Shown here: piece by piece, positions 51,762 to 64,000 of the stretch
How positions within the stretch are numbered: position 1 is the stretch's first letter
How the letters are laid out: the number at the start of each line of letters is the position of its first letter
Source of the DNA: Octopus bimaculoides
Taxonomy: Eukaryota
Reading direction: 5' to 3'
NCBI RefSeq assembly: GCF_001194135.2
Contig: NC_068982.1
Coordinates: 168,767,307-168,831,306, forward strand
Length of the DNA: 64,000 nucleotides
Notes under the pieces: model-generated
The model's input: the letters and a program-made list of their open reading frames with translations, nothing else
Told to the model about the DNA's origin: nothing
Databases searched by the model: none
Program-made: the position numbers and the translations under genes

Positions 51762-51811
<50 letters not shown>
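51557..51811. repeat. Compound trinucleotide microsatellite (ATG)n-(ACG)n-(ACA)n-(ATA)n
   Basis: Direct reading; explains the poly-M/T/I ORF at 51438-51908. Confidence 0.95.
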
Positions 51812-51812
<1 letters not shown>

Positions 51813-53327
51813 GATTGTTGTTTCTTACAGTTACTGCCGATGTTTTTACTTTCGTTTTATTTTGTTCTTATTGTTTTGTTGTTGCTTTGTAGGTCTTTTG
51901 TTTTTTAATCATGAGTTATTTGTATGGCGAAAAATGGAGAAATAAATAATTTCAGTTGAAATAATATTCAATCAGTAGATCAATTGATGGGAAAACATTT
52001 TAAATGATTTAGCTAAAACATGCAATATTTCACGTAGTCATTTGTCTAAAGAATTGATTTATATCTTGAGAATAATTTAGAAGATTTATGCACGATTAGA
52101 AATCAATAGTGAAATATCATATGATATGTAAGTTTTCAAAGAAAATTAGTAACTTCAAAAATAAATTAAATGATTATTAATAAAACAGTTGCTGCCAAGA
52201 ATTGAAAAGTGGTCGCAGTTTCAGCTACATTATGATCAGCTAGATTTTTCAACAAAATAATTTTAGGTGAATTCCTCATATATTTTAATACGTTACACAT
52301 ATATTGTTTTGGAATTATGAAACGTCTGAAAAGTAATATACAGTGATGAGACCATTGTGTAATTTCAATTCTGTAGTTAATTCTAAAATTATTTCTCACA
52401 TTCGATAAGGATTTTATCTATGCTGTTGACTATAAAACTTATCGTAGATACTTGAACACTGAATAGAAATCGCTCTCAAGTTATTAACTGCTTTACTTTT
52501 TTTTCCATAGTAATCCTTGAACAGTATCTAAAAATGCTATCATTCTTCACTACTCTGCATCAAATATTTTTAAATAATGATACAATTTGAAAGCCATACT
52601 TGTATTATCATTTTAAAAGTTCCAAGTAGTTCCACACTCTACTCCACAGTCTGAATGTCACTCATCTGTATAACTAACCTTGTCGTTAAAACATATCGAT
52701 TATGTCTTGTTATAGTACAATTTGTTTTGTTTTTGTGATCTTTTTTTTAGCTTTTTCTGTTGATTTTTTTTTTAGCATTTTTTGAATTTTTTTTATTGTT
52801 CTGTCCATTGAGATAGCTAAATATCATATTGCTTTCTTTTCTATTTGAACTGAACTGCTGCCAATTTACACTTTTGCTAGCGAGTAGGAGTTAACTTTGT
52901 TCCATAGAATAAATCGATTTTGAAGATACATCTTAAGAAACTCAGTGTAGTTTTTGTCTAGTTCTGTACGAATTTTTCGATAACTTAAAGATAGTCAGAA
53001 CTCATTTCTTCTAGCTTTCATGCAAAACTAAACGTTCATAACTATAATACAATCTCAAATGTTTACATGTTAGGCTGTGGTATTCCATTGAAATGATTTC
53101 AATAACGTGCCATGTTGAGCCCATTTTATCTATGAAACTTTGAAGAGAGATTCTCATTTCAAATCGAACTATAAGTAAATACCAAGAATCGTTAGCTTTT
53201 GCGATGTCGATAGCTGTTTCATTGAATATATGTTATTATATTGATTAGTAAAAGTCTCTGGGTTATGGAAATGAATCAATCATGTTTAGGAGGGATCAAT
53301 TTCGATTGCCCATTAAACTGGTTGTTG

Positions 53328-53358
<31 letters not shown>

Positions 53359-53438
53359 TGTTGTTGTTGTTTTTGCTGCTGCTGTTGTTGTTGTTGTTGT
53401 TGTTGTTGCTGCTGCTGTTGTTGTTGTTGTTGTTGTTT

Positions 53439-53655
53439 AAGGCAATGAGTTGGTAGAATCGCTAGCACGCGGGGCAAAATGCTTAGCGATATTTCGTCCG
53501 TCTTAACGCTCTGAGTTCAAATACTACCTAGGTCACATTTGCCTTTCATCCTTTTACGGGTGATAAAATAAGTACCAGCTGAACACTGGGGTCGATGTGA
53601 TCAACTTATCCCCTCCCCAAAGTTGCGGGCCTTGTGCCAAAATTTGAAACCATTG
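53439..53655 (+). mobile_element. tRNA-derived SINE (Deu/Nin-like core family) after (TTG/CTG)n
   Basis: aaggcaatgagttggtagaatcgctagcacgc..ctgagttcaaat..tttgcctttcatcc..aataagtaccag. Confidence 0.8.
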
Positions 53656-53756
53656 TTAATATTATTGCCATTGTTCACACTACAGCTATCCCCATTTTCG
53701 TAAAAATTCCCCAACCTCCTCTCTTTCACATCCTCTCTCTCTCTCTCTTTCACATC

Positions 53757-53849
<93 letters not shown>

Positions 53850-54059
53850 CCGCACTGTAATATTTTTCATTATCAAATAGAATAACCTTTCTGATTTCAC
53901 CGAAAATATCTCCTAGCGTATGCACATCATTAACATAGCAAGAGATACATGTAAAGGACTGAGTTTTCTTTTCAGGCGATGAAGTATTTAAGTCTTCAGT
54001 AACTATTATCTTTCTACAAAGCTCGGGTGAGCTCAGCAATATAGTACTGCTGCTAAAAA

Positions 54060-54260
54060 CATTGGCATTCTAGACTACAACCAAAGAAGGCTATTCGATT
54101 GATTGGCATGAGACCACTCACATTCACACCAACCCTTAACACGCAAGCATCCTGTTTCCTCTCTTCTGTATTTTCTATTGCGCAGCTATAATAGCTCAAC
54201 TCCTCAGGACTTGCTAGTTTCCTGGTACATCTACTCAAGCAATCTCGACTCGCTAATCTT
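54060..54260 (+). mobile_element. Possible CR1/L2/Jockey-type LINE C-terminal relic
   Basis: caaagaaggctattcgattgattggc resembles Q.RAIRLIG; a downstream SSLL..YN motif is only faint. Confidence 0.3.
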
Positions 54261-54317
54261 TCTTTTTTCTCATTACCCATTCTGTGTCTAATCCTCCAAG
54301 GCTTTTACTAAACACTA

Positions 54318-54533
54318 CGAAGGTGTGCTGAAAAGTTCCTGGTTTCGGTAAAAGAAAATACAAGAGGGTAAGTTAATTATGATTTTATTCAACATATCCC
54401 CCTCTCAGATCCATACATTTATTGAAGTAGTTCTTCAGTTTTTCCAAGCTCTGTAAAAGAATTCAGAAGGCTGGGCCTCCAACCAGAATTTTCGCTACAC
54501 ACTTAAAGCCAGAAACTTTTCAGCACCTACTCG
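54318..54533. mobile_element. 216-bp mariner-type MITE with TIRs and TA TSD
   Basis: TA|cgaaggtgtgctgaaaagttcctggttt ... aaagccagaaacttttcagcacctactcg|TA. Confidence 0.85.
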
Positions 54534-55359
54534 TACATCCAGTTGTTTCTTTCCTGAACGACCCTCTGGAAATTCCCTCTCTGCCTATGTTATTTTGTTT
54601 TCATTCTACATCCACCGACTCGCAACAGCTCAAGTGAAACATTAACGGCATCAACATCACATCACTGGCCTTTGGGCTGCAGAATTCCATGCACTGACCC
54701 ATTTTTGTAGACGAAAGTAATAAGAGTTGAAGTGCGGTACAGTGTTAATTCTTTCATGAAACTAATATAAATTTACTCGCTGAGAGCACCGGACAACGTG
54801 CATAAGGGTCGGAGATTCTTAACCAGATATTGATTTTGTGATGTGGTCATGAGCATGTTACGTTCAATAGGGACGTATATCAAGTAGGTACCTTATATCA
54901 TAGAGTGAACTGCTTTTACTGATATAAGCACTTGTATGAGAATGACAAGTATTTTTGTTGGATCATTATACCGCGTTCAAACCTCCACTTGTATTTGGAC
55001 CAGCTTTGGAGTACTAAAAATGCATTTTTACTTTCAGTTCTATGATCACCACTTGAAGCAAAAATATTAGAATGAATATAATAATAAATATATATGTTCA
55101 TATTTCAATATTCTGCACTGCAAAGTTAATTATAGACAGTAGCACGAATATTGATGAGTTGCTGTGTCATTGTCCCTTAACCTGAAAACAATTTAGACAG
55201 TAACTACTGCGCAGATTTACTGTGTAATATATCTAATATAGATGAAAGCTACTTGTAATCATGCATCAACGTATGCAATAACATAGGTCTAATTCTCTGA
55301 AGGCATAACGACTACTCACTATTCAGACAAAACAGTCAAAATTAGGTATACTTCTGAAA

Positions 55360-55427
<68 letters not shown>

Positions 55428-56019
55428 CATCATCATCATCATCAACATGGTGCATCAACTCTCTGAACGCTTCTACGATCTTTCTTATTACCGAGAAACG
55501 ATTGTCCTCTCTAAAATTTTGCGTTGATATTTTTGGCTGTGATCGACAGGTAAATTATACTGTATATTGTAATAAAACTTAAATAGCACAAATAATATAA
55601 ACGAATACCTGATTGATTGTATGACAGGATATATTTTAGGTGGGGAATTTAATTGAAACTTACAATATAATTGTTTCATGGATGAATCACTGAAGCATAT
55701 CAACATCGCAATGTTACCTTGCTTAGTATTTCCCTAGGTTCAAGTTGAAAACATCGATTCTCTAACAAATACCGTACAGCTTTACTTAGCTAAGAAGCAA
55801 TTCTTGCCTGCATTGCTCTTGTTGACTTACAAAAATACCTGACAGCGAATTACTTTTATGTCGTTACTAAAACTAGGTACAGATCGTTTTACACTTTGGT
55901 AAGAAAGAAACTTCTTTCAAATTGTGAGACATGTATATGAAGAATTCCTGTAAGATACATAATTCTCAAATCGCATCTGTCTTTGAAAAACAGCCGAGGC
56001 TGAAGTTATTTCACCTTAG

Positions 56020-56144
56020 ATCATTTTACACTTGGATTTCCGGAATCTAATGTCAAGAATGAAAAGAAATTCTTGGGGTTTTCTCGTTCATCTTGAATCA
56101 ACATTTCTGTGGAGGCGTTGGAAAATGTCCATATACTGCTTAAG
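56020..56144 (+). CDS. Candidate exon, unknown gene
   Basis: Acceptor ttatttcaccttag| and donor AAG|gtaaaa. Phase 0 is open throughout; phase 1 gives HFTLGFPESNVKNEKKFLGFSRSS*. No homology recognised. Confidence 0.13.
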
Positions 56145-56797
56145 GTAAAACGAAAACTGAAATAATCCCAAATAAACCATATTATGTTAGCAACTTATAG
56201 AAAAAAAAAGTGTAAAAGAAAGACAATAACAACGACAACTCTAACAGCAACACATTAAATTTTTCAAAAATCTTATTTCTTAAGCGCAATTTTTCTTATG
56301 AAATACTTCAGGAAAGGAAGGTATGAATCAAACTATGAGTTTAATGGTATTAATATTCTTAAGTCGATATAATAGGTGAAAGCACTGGAAAGAAAAGAAC
56401 TATCATGGTAACAGTCGTAAACGCAAAAGAAAGGATAAGAAAGCTATTGGTTACTGTATGTTTGATGTTTACATTAAATGGTTGTGTAAAGTAGAAACTG
56501 ATTAAATGCATAGACAGGCAGACATATAGGCCGACCGTCAAGCTCGCAGTGATTTGAAGAGAGATACCTTTATGAAAAACGCATTGAACTTATATAGGGT
56601 ATGAAGTGGGGGGGAAAGCTCGCTGAGTTGATGATGGGAAGAAAGGATGTGTAGATATCAATAGATATATATGAAAATGGTATATGGTGACCAGTTTCAT
56701 GGAAGTACAAACCATGTCGTTAAAAGGAGAAAAGACCGAAAATGGAGGAACTACAGACTGTAACTTGACAACACATGAATCACTGATTTCAGGATTG

Positions 56798-56895
<98 letters not shown>

Positions 56896-57436
56896 CTCTC
56901 TCTATCTCTCTCTCTCCCCGTCTCTCTCTACCTAACCAACTATCTAGATAGCTTTCTCTTGCCATTTGTCTCCCTATTTTGTCTGATTATCTGTCAAAGC
57001 TATTGAGAAATATGCGATACCGCTACTGTATAATGTTGTTCAATAAATACACGTAAATTGGAATCGTAGGTGTAATCAACTACACTGTTTTTGCGCTCTA
57101 TTCACAACATTATAGGAATAATTAATACTCTTTCAGCATAGCATCTATGGTGATCACTCATCGGTTGAAATGATGCAGACCATTGAGTCATATACATATA
57201 TATATATATTATTCAAGACTATATATCATTCTTGTAACTTATTTTCATTAATAACAAAGGATTGTATTTAAGCGAACAGACGAACACTTGCACGAGCACG
57301 TGTAAATTCTTTCACTGACATATTTTATATATACGCATAGACACAAAACAAATATAAAAATTAGTTTTCTATTCATTAATGACAAAACAGCTTTATAGAT
57401 GAATAAATAAAGAAACACTTAAAGATACAAAGATAA

Positions 57437-57486
<50 letters not shown>

Positions 57487-59084
57487 TGATTGATAACTAT
57501 GACACCGGATAGTGAGTGAGAGACAGAGAGAAAAAAAGAAGCTTAGAAATTTTGTAATAGGGGAAAAAAACAAACAGTGAAACAATATAAATCCAGTTGT
57601 TGTTTCTTTATCTGTTTGTGACGTCTTCTAGACATCAACAAGGAATTCTTGGATATTTATAACATGACTTCAACAAACGTCTACTCAAAACAGCTGCAGC
57701 TGATGCTGTCATTGTATCTTTTATATAGACTTTAGCTTGAGAGTGTATATCATGCGATAAAGAAGATACAGGAAATATAAGTCTGAAGCTGTCCATTGCA
57801 TCAGCGTCTGGTTGTATTTTATATCAGATGGTAAAAGAGTCAGTGGTAGTGTACGGCACCAGCTCGACTCTTACCGACAAGATCTATGACTAAAGACATT
57901 CCCTCCGTGAACGATTACATTATTCAAAGCGTATCCTTTCTATTTTTATGAGGCAGTGAAGTGTGATTGGAAGATTTTGCTCGCCATTTCAAGCAATTTA
58001 AACAACTCTCACTTTTTTTTTTTTTTTTTGCTATAATAAATAAATCGAGTTTTGTGCATAAAGTAATAGATTATTTCGTGAACGAATGTTACGTCAATAG
58101 ATAAATTATATTATTCAATAGACATACGTTTTATTACGAACTACATGTTACACTGCTTGATCAAAAATTCCTTTGTTGTGTAGGTGTAAAATTTAAACTA
58201 ATTCAAGGTTTTTGTATGTACTGAATCCAAAAGTCACATTATTTTTGTCAAATTAACGCTAGCTTCTGAGATATAACCTTTAAATATTCATTTTACACCA
58301 TTCGATTCACAGTAGTTGACGGATGCAATAATAATAAATTTATCCTTTTACATGGTGTATATCCTGTCTAATTTCTAATACAATCTTATCATTAATATAG
58401 GAATATCTATTTTATAGATTCATATAAGTTAATCATAAAGAATCTGCTTACTTAAATCTAATACAGTCAGTAGCGAATACAGTTTACAAAACTGTTAGAA
58501 AAGCCCCACTATTTTTGTGAGAAAATATATCTTAATGATTTTGGAATGAAACTTGGTGACAAAGATATGTTTTGGGGTTCTCCTAAAATATGTCTGCAGA
58601 ATACCTACGACAATGAAAGAAGTAGAGAAAAGAAAGGGTTGAAGTCGGTGTGCCTCTGGTGTTCAGAGCTTCCTAAAACCATCACAATGATTATCGCTAC
58701 TTCGCAGAATCCTATTCTTATTTTAACACAGTGGTGACATTCCTATTATAATGTTTATATCCCTTCTGCAACCTTCTATAATCAGAGTTTGATTAAAATT
58801 AGGGCGTAGAGTGTAATACAGACGATAACAGTGAAAGAGACTATGAAGGATGCTCTTTAACACCTGAGAAGATTTTTCCAAAAGAAGCACAATGTTTCGA
58901 TAGAAGAACTGTCTGTCAAAGTGAGCATCTAAGCTTCTAGAATGTAGGCTTAAAGAAGTGTCTAAACTTTCAAATGACAGAATTCTCGTGATAATAGAGG
59001 ATCTCCCAGATCGAAAACATTCTGAACGTAGGGAAACTGCTTCACAAAAATTACCTCAACAGTTACTAATCATCTACAAAACTT

Positions 59085-60100
59085 GAGTTTTTCCAGGTTC
59101 AAGGGAATGTTGGGTTTGGTGTGTTTCGGATGACATGATGTAAAAAGATGTTACTGTTTGGGAGTCGGCGGGTTTGTAGACTATGTCCGTTTCTATTTTC
59201 CCATCTTGGTTTTTGATCAGAATATCCAGAAATGCAAGTTCTTTTGGGTTAAACTCCATTGTGAATTGGAAGTTATTACTGCGATTGTTTAACATTTTTT
59301 TGAATTCAGTTAATTTGTCAATATTTTCCTGCCATAAAATAGAGCATTCATCCAGATATCTTTTCCAATTGTTTCTGAGTTGTGTATGGAACGTGTCACC
59401 AAATTTTAAAGAGATTGGTTGTAGTCTTTTTTGTTCGTGGAATCCCACGACTAAGTTGGCGTATGTGGGGCCTACTTTCGTACCCATCGCCGTTCCTGAT
59501 GTTTGGCGGTAATCCGCTCCGTTGAAGGTAATAAAGTTGTTTTCAAATATGAATCTGAGCCCATCAATGATAAATTCTTTTTCTATGCGTGTTGGACGTT
59601 CAGATTGGTGAGTGTCTTGAGTATTTACAAGCTTCATTTATCCTCTTGCATTCATGGATTTTAGGCTCGTCTTGCATTTGAAGTGTCATAATTAGTTAAT
59701 TTCTTTGCTAGGTAAGCCTTTGTTATACTTCTTTAGAAGAGTTTTGAGGTTTTCCATTATTTTTGAATTTTTGTAGTGGGTTGTTAGTATTGAAAGCTTG
59801 GAAAATAATATTGCTGTTGCAGCAGTTTCTGGTTTTAGTTGCTTCATTGTAAGGAAATGCACGCAGATCTGATGTGTAATTGTCAGGGTAGCTACACAAC
59901 TGCAATAAAGTGAATCGCTTGGTTAGAATGGGTCGGACTGATGATAGCAAATGAATAACGATTCTAATCTTCTGTTGAGCGATATCAGTAGCTGTTATAC
60001 GATCTACAATGTGATATCTCTGTCCACAATATTCTTTGGTATTGGATATGCTCAAATCAGTGATTCTTGGGTTTTCAAACGAATTAGGACAAAGATGGAA
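59085..60100 (-). mobile_element. Penelope-like element RT fragment (internally deleted)
   Basis: FENNFITFNGADYRQTSGTAMGTKVGPTYANL..WKRYLDE..FTME..LAFLDILI..TDIVYKPADS, then HPKHTKPNIP after a frameshift; upstream PKIH motif. Confidence 0.9.
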
Positions 60101-63100
60101 AATTCTTCTTATCTTTCAACCTAAATCGGTGCAGATGCTAGTAGAATCAACTCTTAAAGATAATTGCATTTGGCTGTACCAGCAATATTAATTTCTGTGT
60201 CTATAACACTAAAAGCCACGTGAACAACCTCGTCCAATGAGAATAGCCCTGAATAGTGTTTTTTTTTTATAATACATCGCTTTACACAATTCAGTTTATT
60301 CAAAAGTGCTTGATCGAGCGCTTGTACGTGACATTCTGAGTATCAATGAAGTGAATCATAAACCGATCTTTAATAAACAGGAGCCCTATGTTATTTAATG
60401 GGTACCCTGTCTTACATTTTTACCGAAATGCGTACCTACATTCGTGCCTGTGCGTAAGTTTATGTGACTGTGTGTCTTTGTGTTTGTATGTGTGGGTGCG
60501 TGTGTGTGTACGCGGATATCTGTATGAAAGTCTGCGAATGGGTGGTGGTTGATAAAATTCGTATATGAATTTCCTCCTGGTTATGAATACTAGTCAGTTT
60601 TATTTCCAATAAATATGTTGTAGATAAGGTTTTCATTTAATTGTTTGTGAAATATCTATAGTAATAATAACTTTCCATCTAGTTTGTCTCTGTAAATATA
60701 CATTAAGCGAATCTTCCATTTTCTATTTAACGGTGCTGATTCAATGAAAATCTACTGCAGTATTTCTTCAGTATACAATACATCTGGTGCATAGCAATGC
60801 ATTGCTTTGTATTTGAAAACCTAGTTCGTGGCTCACTGCGATGAAATTGCATAGAATATTTCAGAGTAAGAATACAAAAAATTATTCATATAATCTGCCC
60901 TATTTGTAGAATCATTTCGTAAATAAAGTCAACTACAATTTTTGTTTTTCGTTTTTTTCTTTTTGATGTATTTGCATTGATTAGTTCAATTTGTTTCCTT
61001 TTTCTGCTTCTCTCGAATACTTCCAATGAAGTTAACAGGAATAGTTTAATGTTATTTCAAAAGCAGTTCAAACTTTTAATCAGAACCATTCTTGCAACGT
61101 TAAAATATTCATATATTCACATATATACATATATGCGTGTGTTTGTGTACATATCTAATTCATTCAATGAAAAGTTGCACAGTGACGGCGATCTGTCCAT
61201 AACGCTGGAAAAAATGAGCTCGGGAAAAAAATCAATAAATGTATTAAAGGAAATTAATTTTCAAAGCACTATCATCACAAACCTGCGAATCATCAATTCT
61301 TAGATATATCACTTTTAGCTTTACCAATAAAGAAAGCTAAATGAAATATGTTTTCGTTTTCTTTTTCATTTGGTCTGGAGAAAAAGGATGTGTGATCGAC
61401 ATGGTTAATGTTTCTTTTCAATAGTTGAAATTTGAAAGTCATAAGAAAGCTACGGGCATAAAGGAAATTCCGACGATCTGTGGAAGACGGACTGAGCGTA
61501 GAGCAGCGTGAGGAGAGAAAGTAGCATAATCAGCAAACAATTACTATGGAAAGGTATGGTTTTAGCAGATACGAACTGTCGATGGTATCAGTATGTAGGC
61601 CGTTGATGCATAGAAGGTAAAGTGTGGGGGGAGGAGAAACGAATTGTGGGTCACGTGAGAGCTGACAGTGGTTAAGTCAGGGGAGCTACATCGGCACACG
61701 TCACGATGTTGCGCTTTAATTAAAAGGCACTGATTCAAGAATCAAGATATTGTAGATTCAAGTATAATATAAAAACTTAAGCCATCTATAAGCAATTTTC
61801 AAAGAGCATTGTAAGATGCATCGATGTATACAGTACACCTGCACACACGTGCATTCGTGCATGTATTTCTATAACTACATACACGACTGTGGTTATGTGT
61901 GATTAATTTACATGCACGTATGAATTTGTATGAATATATGCATGGCTACAGCTTTAGGGCTGAAGCATGTAAAGAACTAAACGAATATATATATATATGT
62001 ATGTATATATATATATATATATATATTGATATATATATATATATACTTTTATAACTACACTCGTTCGTATTGTAATTCGCAACAACTGAATTCAATCCGA
62101 CTCTCCGAAACAATAAGAACATAAGTTGCAATAGAGTCTGTTTACCAAAATATTGTGTAGAAACCCGTCCTATACACACGCACACACATTCATATATATA
62201 TACATACACACACATGCACCAACTCTCAGAAACCATATAGACAGATACACAGACACAGATACACACAGGGAGATATACACTCCCTCACACACACAATTAC
62301 TTATTTATTTGTGGGATAACAAAGCTACCAATGGTTTCATGTGAAGAGAGATCGCTTTACATGAAGCCATTGAAAGCCTTGTTTACTTACAAATAAAGAA
62401 TATTTATACATCAAAGGGGTGTTGAGCACTCATACTCTGTTCTTTATTAGTCGCTAGAAGATAGTAGAGGTTCGCTGCCCTACTTACAATATATATCGGG
62501 TGAAGATTGCATCGATAACCTGCTATAACCCCTCTTGGGGTTAAAAATGGTTGTAACGTCGGGTCGTACAGAAGAGCTATGTTGATATCGCGACAAACGT
62601 TACTTCTCAATGTAGTTACTACTTTCATCCCTTATAAAGATTTTCTAGCTAGCTACTGTTTTATATATATATATATNNNNNNNNNNNNNNNNNNNNNNNN
62701 NNNNNNNNNNNNNNNNNNNNNNNNNNNNNNNNNNNNNNNNNNNNNNNNNNNNNNNNNNNNNNNNNNNNNNNNNNNNNNNNNNNNNNNNNNNNNNNNNNNN
62801 NNNNNNNNNNNNNNNNNNNNNNNNNNNNNNNNNNNNNNNNNNNNNNNNNNNNNNNNNNNNNNNNNNNNNNNNNNNNNNNNNNNNNNNNNNNNNNNNNNNN
62901 NNNNNNNNNNNNNNNNNNNNNNNNNNNNNNNNNNNNNNNNNNNNNNNNNNNNNNNNNNNNNNNNNNNNNNNNNNNNNNNNNNNNNNNNNNNNNNNNNNNN
63001 NNNNNNNNNNNNNNNNNNNNNNNNNNNNNNNNNNNNNNNNNNNNNNNNNNNNNNNNNNNNNNNNNNNNNNNNNNNNNNNNNNNNNNNNNNNNNNNNNNNN

Positions 63101-63155
63101 NNNNNNNNNNNNNNNNNNNNNNNNNNNNNNNNNNNNNNNNNNNNNNNNNNNNNNN

Positions 63156-63311
63156 GATAGATCGCTGACCACGACATTTCAATTTTTTTTTCCTTGTTTT
63201 TCTCCTTATTTCTGTTGAAGACTTTCTCTATTCTCGAGCGTTAAACTAATACATCTTTTTGTTGTTTACACCACCTGTCCTCGTCTGTTGTTGTTTTTTT
63301 CGTAAATTCTC

Positions 63312-63313
<2 letters not shown>
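63156..63313 (+). mobile_element. Family B copy ending at (TA)n, HHR-like core deleted
   Basis: ctgttgaaga|ctttctc versus the intact ctgttgaagagcgtaggctcgaaacgt.aaagactttctc. Confidence 0.75.
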
Positions 63314-63350
<37 letters not shown>

Positions 63351-63399
63351 AATAATTGAAAAATTTGGAGTCGACAATGAGGGGTACGATTGGACATTT

Positions 63400-63780
63400 A
63401 TTTTTAATGACTACAAGTGTTTCTACGCAACGTAGTTTTCCAAACGTACAGGTACTTGACTATGAAACCATTTCCAAGCATTATGAGATCTAGTTGTGCT
63501 TCCTTAGGCGATATGAAAGTCTTGTCCCTGTAAGTTCAATTTCTCGGCTTCAAGAGCATCCTCTCTGTCTGTCATGGCCTAAGTTAGTAGTAGCCACTGA
63601 GTTTATCAAAGGTGCGTCGTTGCTGAAGGACCATCGGCAAACTGCTTTGAATGTGTAGATGTAATGGGATGGGGATTCTGCTACTGTTAAAGTGGTTACC
63701 GTTTTAAAGGGATTGGCATTTGATTTCTTTGTAGTGTTGATTTGTTCTTCAGGGTTGGTTACACATGCGTGCTTAGTATG
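63400..63780 (-). mobile_element. Possible PLE GIY-YIG C-terminal relic
   Basis: Faint EDALEAEKL..GSTTRSHNAW, similar to R..EAxEI..N..G..W; degraded GAAAcacttgta motif downstream. Confidence 0.22.
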
Positions 63781-64000
63781 CATGGATGTATCTACCTACA
63801 TATATATATATATATATACATGCGCATTTGTATATCTATATGCATGCGTGTGTATGTACATGTATATGTGAGTGTACGTACATATCCCTATATGTGTGTG
63901 TATACATATACATATATATATATATATATACATGCGCATTTGTATATCTATATGCATGCGTGTGTATGTACATGTATATGTGAGTGTACGTACATATCCC

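Noticed and set aside
2369-63182. Long ORFs in the track made of X, HT, CV, YI or poly-residue runs
   Set aside because: Translations of N-gaps and microsatellites, not genes.
63815-64000. ~75-bp tandem duplication in AT/GT low-complexity DNA
   Set aside because: Microsatellite-type slippage or misassembly at the window edge; not informative.

Overview
AT-rich animal genomic scaffold with many N-gaps (e.g. 314-448, 1267-1543, 2535-3487, 15416-16106, 40661-41311, 62677-63155) and dense microsatellites. The SINE set and repeat content suggest a coleoid cephalopod such as Octopus (inference). No complete protein-coding gene can be supported: ORF-track entries are microsatellite, N-gap or decayed-transposon translations, and only a few weak candidate exons were found. 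The window is mostly transposon relics: Penelope-like elements (PLEs; RT and GIY-YIG), R4/Dong-like and RTE-like LINE fragments, Tc1/mariner elements and MITEs, and tRNA-derived SINEs. The main signal is about ten type I hammerhead-ribozyme (HHR) motifs from at least five unrelated repeat families. Each has a tiny palindromic helix III, the dimer-type minimal HHR known from PLEs. Family A forms two non-autonomous insertions (11337-12298 and 26226-26638). Each has an inverted ribozyme module at its 5' end, a direct module plus a ~28-nt tail at its 3' end, and a target-site duplication (11 and 14 bp). An uninterrupted empty-site paralog of the second insertion site lies ~1.1 kb upstream. All structures were read by eye; no folding, alignment or database search was run.
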